Assembly: GCA_026388655.1 (NCBI GenBank) | Contig: JAPLJI010000067.1 | Coordinates: 1,316 to 65,315 of the forward strand | Direction: 5' to 3' | DNA: 64,000 bases | From: Pseudomonadota bacterium | GTDB taxonomy: Bacteria > Desulfobacterota > JAPLJL01 | In this document: positions 59,797-64,000 of the stretch, piece after piece | How the letters are laid out: each line of letters opens with the position of its first letter | Numbering within the stretch: the first letter of the stretch is position 1 | Notes under the pieces: generated by a model | Told to the model about the DNA's origin: nothing | The model's input: only the letters and a program-made list of their open reading frames with translations | The model's database searches: none | Program-made: the position numbers and the translations under genes

Positions 59797-61050
59797 ATGG
59801 CGAAAGACCTGAAGGCGATGTACAAGACGGTTATGGACGACCATTTTCCCCGGAAAATGGAGATCAGCTTTATCGATGAGGGGGGCAAGCGCTCCACCCT
59901 GCAGTATGAAAAGGTGAGCTGGGTGATCGAAGGGGTGGAGAAGGGGCTCCGCTACGGGGAGAACCCGGGACAGGAGGCGGCCCTCTTCAAGCTCGTCAAC
60001 GGGAACCTGGTCCTGGGGGAGGTCAAGACCATCGACCCGGGGAGATACCTGGCTTCGAACATGGAAATGCTCCAGTCCGGCAAGCATCCCGGGAAAACCA
60101 ACATCACCGACGTGGACAACGCCCTGAACATCCTCCGCTATTTACCGGAGCGGCCGGCGGTGGTGATCGTCAAGCACAATAATCCCTGCGGGGCGGCCCG
60201 GGCCGACAGTCTGGAACAGGCTTACCGGAAGGCGTTTTCCGCAGACCGGGTGGCGGCCTTCGGTGGGGCGATCGCCCTGAACCGTCCGGTGGATAAGGCC
60301 ACGGCCGAGGGGATCAACGCCCAGTACGCCGAGGTGGTGGCGGCCCCGGACTACGAGGAGGAGGCCTTCCAGATCCTGGCCCAGCGCAAGAATTTACGGA
60401 TTCTCCGGATCGAGAACATCGCCCGGCTCGAGCAGTGGGTGGGCCGGCAGTTCGTGGATATCAAGAGCCTGATCGATGGGGGCATTATCGTCCAGGCCTC
60501 CTTCGTCCCGGTGACCCGCAAGCCGAAGGACCTCCAGCCCGCGGTCTGCGAATACAAGGGCAAGGAATACAAAATCAAGCGCCAGCCCACGGAAAAAGAA
60601 ATCCAGGACATGCTCTTCGGCTGGCTGGTGGAAGCGGGGGTATCCTCCAACTCGGTGCTTTATGTCAAGGACGATGTCACCGTCGGGATCGGCACCGGGG
60701 AACAGGACCGGGTGGGGGTGGCGGAGATCGCCCGGGACAAGGCCTACCGGAAGCTGGCCGACCGTTACTGCTTCGAGGCCTACAAGGTTCCCTACAACGA
60801 CCTGAAGGACGAGGACAAGCGCCGGGAGATCGACGAGCGGGTGAAAAAGGAACGGGGCGGAATTCCCGGTTCGGTCATGGTCAGCGACGCTTTCTTTCCC
60901 TTCAAGGACGGGGTGGAAGTGGGAATCAGGGAGGGCGTCGGCGCGGTGATCCAGCCGGGAGGATCGGAGCGGGATTTCGAGGTGATCGAGGCCTGCAACG
61001 AAGCTAACGTCGCCATGATGTTTACCGGGCAGCGATCCTTTAAACATTAA
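59797..61050 (+). CDS. purH: PurH C-terminal (AICAR transformylase) domain as a standalone gene
   Basis: LRYGENP.Q, VKHNNPCG, AFGG, SDAFFPF.D, QPGGS, RSFKH. Confidence 0.88.
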   Translation: MAKDLKAMYKTVMDDHFPRKMEISFIDEGGKRSTLQYEKVSWVIEGVEKGLRYGENPGQEAALFKLVNGNLVLGEVKTIDPGRYLASNMEMLQSGKHPGKTNITDVDNALNILRYLPERPAVVIVKHNNPCGAARADSLEQAYRKAFSADRVAAFGGAIALNRPVDKATAEGINAQYAEVVAAPDYEEEAFQILAQRKNLRILRIENIARLEQWVGRQFVDIKSLIDGGIIVQASFVPVTRKPKDLQPAVCEYKGKEYKIKRQPTEKEIQDMLFGWLVEAGVSSNSVLYVKDDVTVGIGTGEQDRVGVAEIARDKAYRKLADRYCFEAYKVPYNDLKDEDKRREIDERVKKERGGIPGSVMVSDAFFPFKDGVEVGIREGVGAVIQPGGSERDFEVIEACNEANVAMMFTGQRSFKH

Positions 61051-61090
61051 AGGAGCAAAGCGCATAGCGTATAGGGCATAGCGTAAAAAA

Positions 61091-61114
61091 GTAGCCGCAG
61101 GCTTTAGCCTGCGC
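61091..61114. repeat. GTAG REP family 2
   Basis: GTAGCCGCAGGCTTTAGCCTGCG; also near 6689, 56632, 63824 and 63943. Confidence 0.75.
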
Positions 61115-61213
61115 TCCCAGTAAGCAGTATGCAGTAGGCAGTGAGCAGAAAAAACTAAAGAAAGCAGAGAAACGAGATTAACGATCCTAACGAACCTAAC
61201 GTTCTAAACGGAA

Positions 61214-61399
61214 ATGTGTGAATCCAGCGCTTATCTAAAAAAAGGCGAGAAGGAGGAATTGATCCTCAAGGATGTCACCCGCGTGACCTTTTCCCGGGAG
61301 GGGTGGGTGGAACTCGAGAATATCCTGGGGGAAGAGAAAAAGATCACGGCCCGGCTCAAGGAAATCAATTTCCTTGAGCATAAGCTGATTTTCGAGTGA
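61214..61399 (+). CDS. cooT: CooT-family nickel-binding protein
   Basis: MCESSAY...LENILGE....I.F.EH. Confidence 0.85.
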   Translation: MCESSAYLKKGEKEELILKDVTRVTFSREGWVELENILGEEKKITARLKEINFLEHKLIFE

Positions 61400-61529
61400 A
61401 GGAAAATATTATGGATGATAATCCTCCTTATTTTTCCCCCTCCCCTCGATGGCCTCTGGCTCTGTAGAGCCTCCGGCTCGGAGAGGAGGGGGTGGGGAGG
61501 AGAGGGTCATTGAAAAGAAGGAGGTAGAC

Positions 61530-62285
61530 ATGGCGGAGAGAAAACCGGTTATCGCGGGAAACTGGAAAATGTATAAAACCGGGAGTGAGGCAAAAAGCTT
61601 CATCACGGAATTGAAGGGGAAGATTGCCGGGGTCCAGGGGGTCGAAGTAGTGGTGGCCCCGCCCTTTACCGCCCTGGCCCAGGCGGCCGAGGCGATCAAA
61701 GGAAGCGCGATCGGGCTCTCGGCCCAGAATCTCCACTGGGAGGATCAAGGGGCTTTCACCGGCGAGATCGCCCCGCCGATGTTGAAAGAAATCGGCTGCA
61801 GCCACGTGATCATCGGGCATTCGGAGCGCCGCCAGTTTTTCGGCGAGTCGGATGAGTCGGTCAACCGGAAGACCAAGGCCGCCCTGAAACACGGCCTGGT
61901 CCCGATTGTCTGCGTCGGGGAAACCCTGGCGGAGAGGGAGGCCGGGAAGATCAAGGAAGTGATCGAGCGCCAGGTCAAAAAAGGTCTGGATGGATTGGGC
62001 GCGGACGCCAACCTGGTCCTGGCTTACGAGCCGGTCTGGGCGATTGGAACCGGCAAAACCGCGAGCCCCGAGCAGGCGGAAGAGGTGCATTTAATGATTC
62101 GGGAGCTTTTGACGCAGACGCTCGGTCCCGATTTTTCGTCCCGGACCCGGATCCTGTACGGGGGAAGCGTAAAGGCCGACAACATCAAGAGCCTGATGGC
62201 CAAGCCCAATATTGACGGGGCCCTGGTCGGGGGGGCCGCCCTCAAGGCCGATTCCTTCGCGGGGATAATCCGGTTTAAGGATTGA
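61530..62285 (+). CDS. tpiA: Triosephosphate isomerase
   Basis: AGNWKM, GHSERR, AYEPVWAIGTG, YGGSV, GALVGGA. Confidence 0.97.
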   Translation: MAERKPVIAGNWKMYKTGSEAKSFITELKGKIAGVQGVEVVVAPPFTALAQAAEAIKGSAIGLSAQNLHWEDQGAFTGEIAPPMLKEIGCSHVIIGHSERRQFFGESDESVNRKTKAALKHGLVPIVCVGETLAEREAGKIKEVIERQVKKGLDGLGADANLVLAYEPVWAIGTGKTASPEQAEEVHLMIRELLTQTLGPDFSSRTRILYGGSVKADNIKSLMAKPNIDGALVGGAALKADSFAGIIRFKD

Positions 62286-62436
62286 TACCGAAAAATGAAA
62301 TTGATTTTTTCTGTCTTCCTGTAGTTGCCCGATTTATTTATCCCGATTTCAGAGGGACTTGTCCCGAAGGATGAGGGATCGGGCTATTTTAAAAACCGCC
62401 GATTAATCGGCATACTACAAAGAAATCTCGCGCAGG

Positions 62437-62478
62437 AAAAAAGCCGCCCAGGCTTCAGGGGCCCAGGCGGCTTTTTTT
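62437..62478. terminator. Bidirectional terminator
   Basis: AAAAAAGCCGCC...GGCGGCTTTTTTT. Confidence 0.65.
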
Positions 62479-62585
62479 ACTGGGAAATCCCCCTTCCATC
62501 CCCCTTTGAAAAAGGGGGATGAAGTTACCCCTCTTTTTCTAAAGAGGGGTAAGGGGAGATTGGCATAATTTTAATCGAATTAAAT

Positions 62586-62927
62586 TTAAAACTTCCTCTT
62601 CCTTCGAGCGGCCTGGTAATGGGTCCCGCACAGGCCCCGGGACTTGGCCGGCTTCCAGCAGCCCGGAATCCGGCAGTCCTTGCGGATCATGGGTCTTTTT
62701 CCCCTCTGGGTGGAGGACTGGGTGTCTTCGGAAGCAACCGGAGTCAATTCGGCCAGGCGCTGGTCGAGGTGGTGCAGGGATTTTTTGATCTCGATAAAGT
62801 TCTCGAATGTCCGAATGCTCTGCATGGTGATCATGGCGTCGATCTGATGCTTGATCAGTTCGCTTAAAGCCTTGGCCATGGGATTGCTGGACTTGAGCGC
62901 TTCGGGCTTAAACTTTCTCTGGGTCAT
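62586..62927 (-). CDS. VegA-like protein with one C-x4-C-x9-C-x2-H finger
   Basis: Coiled coil then CRIPGCWKPAKSRGLCGTHYQ; AGGAG RBS. Confidence 0.72.
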   Translation of the reverse strand: MTQRKFKPEALKSSNPMAKALSELIKHQIDAMITMQSIRTFENFIEIKKSLHHLDQRLAELTPVASEDTQSSTQRGKRPMIRKDCRIPGCWKPAKSRGLCGTHYQAARRKRKF

Positions 62928-63080
62928 GGTTTGCTCCTTTCTGGAGGAGAGTCAAAAATAAATTGTATCTTGCCGGTGTGAATCGTGTCAACGAAAATTC
63001 CCTCGCAAAATTTGATACCGGTTTCTTGGCCGGGAAAGTAAAATGAAGGGAAAAGCCGGCGCGGCCGGAGGAGGGGCGCA

Positions 63081-63596
63081 ATGAGCCAGAAAACCAAAAA
63101 AAAGAAACGATCGGTTTCCGGGTGGCGGTTAAAATCGATTGGCTGGATCCGGACGCCGTATAAAGAGAAGGCCCCCCGCCACGGCCGGGAAAACGACCCG
63201 GGGATCTTCCGGCTGGTGCTCGACCCCGAATATGCCGGGGGGTTGGACCACCTCGGGCAGTTCAAATATATCTACGTGATCGCTTATCTGCACCAGTCGG
63301 GGAAAAAATATCCCTTGAAGGTCAGCCCCCCCTGGGCCCGGGGAAAAGTCGTGGGGGTTTTCGCCAGCCGCTCGCCCCAGCGCCCCAACCCGATCGGGCT
63401 GACCATTGCCAGGATAAAAAAGATCAGGGGAAATGAAATATTTACCACCGGGCTTGACCTCTTGGACGGGACCCCCCTCCTCGATATCAAGCCCTACATC
63501 AAGGACGCCGACGTGAAATCAAAAGCCAATAACGGCTGGATCAGGAGAAATCTCAACAGTCCCTGGTCGAAGCAAAAGGACAAAAGTAGCCGGTAG
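63081..63596 (+). CDS. tsaA: tRNA m6t6A methyltransferase TsaA/TrmO
   Basis: IG.IRTPY, GVFASRSP.RPNPIGL, GLDLLDGTPLLDIKPY. Confidence 0.88.
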   Translation: MSQKTKKKKRSVSGWRLKSIGWIRTPYKEKAPRHGRENDPGIFRLVLDPEYAGGLDHLGQFKYIYVIAYLHQSGKKYPLKVSPPWARGKVVGVFASRSPQRPNPIGLTIARIKKIRGNEIFTTGLDLLDGTPLLDIKPYIKDADVKSKANNGWIRRNLNSPWSKQKDKSSR

Positions 63597-64000
63597 GCAG
63601 CAGCCGGTAACCGGTAACCGGTACCAGATTAAATATGTAGTGGTCGTTTATCCCGTAAGGAAGCTTGCTCGACGGGTTTGCAGGGCAAGCCCTGCCACTA
63701 CAAATAATTGGGCAGAAAGGTGAAAAAGACGGTGGCTTGGCAGTTAGGTGGCTGGAAAAAAAGAATTGACGATTGACGATTTCAGAATAAAAACCAAATA
63801 GGCAAACCAGATGAACCAAATCGGTAGCCGAAGGCTTTAGCCTGCGTAAAAAAATGCGGATTGATGATTGCGGCCTCCGGCCCACGCTTCCAGCCCGTAG
63901 GGCTTACAGGCCGGAGGGATTGCGGAATGAAAACCAAAAAACGTAGGGCAAGGCTTTAGCCTTGCAGTGGAATGCTGGATTGTAAAGTAGCTCCTGCGGG

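Overview
GC-rich bacterial chromosomal segment, most likely from an uncultured anaerobic deltaproteobacterium (Desulfobacterota/Myxococcota-like; inferred from class III cytochrome c3, CooS, Sec-containing SelD and VegA-like proteins). It has about 60 CDS, including a Ni/Co ECF transporter, multiheme cytochrome operons, CODH-family and Ni-maturation genes, several FAD oxidoreductases, split purH, tpiA and five toxin-antitoxin loci. It also has three tRNAs (Cys, Gly, Ala) and unusually repeat-rich intergenic DNA. Main signals the ORF track misses: (1) at the tRNA-Cys 3' end, a tandem scaffold of three decayed tyrosine-integrase C-termini plus a second shared relic segment, each repeat unit with different cargo; (2) selD read through an in-frame UGA (Sec); (3) two paralogous coiled-coil + basic linker + CCCH Zn-finger (VegA-like) proteins; (4) a non-canonical CooS in an Rrf2/hcp-like operon; (5) three TA loci with the toxin lost and the antitoxin kept; (6) genes broken by exact 10- and 14-bp tandem duplications; (7) nested MITE/REP elements and many 7/9-mer tract families, some inserted in frame into proteins. 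No CRISPR, rRNA or intact transposase/integrase was seen. All calls come from manual motif recognition, not database searches.
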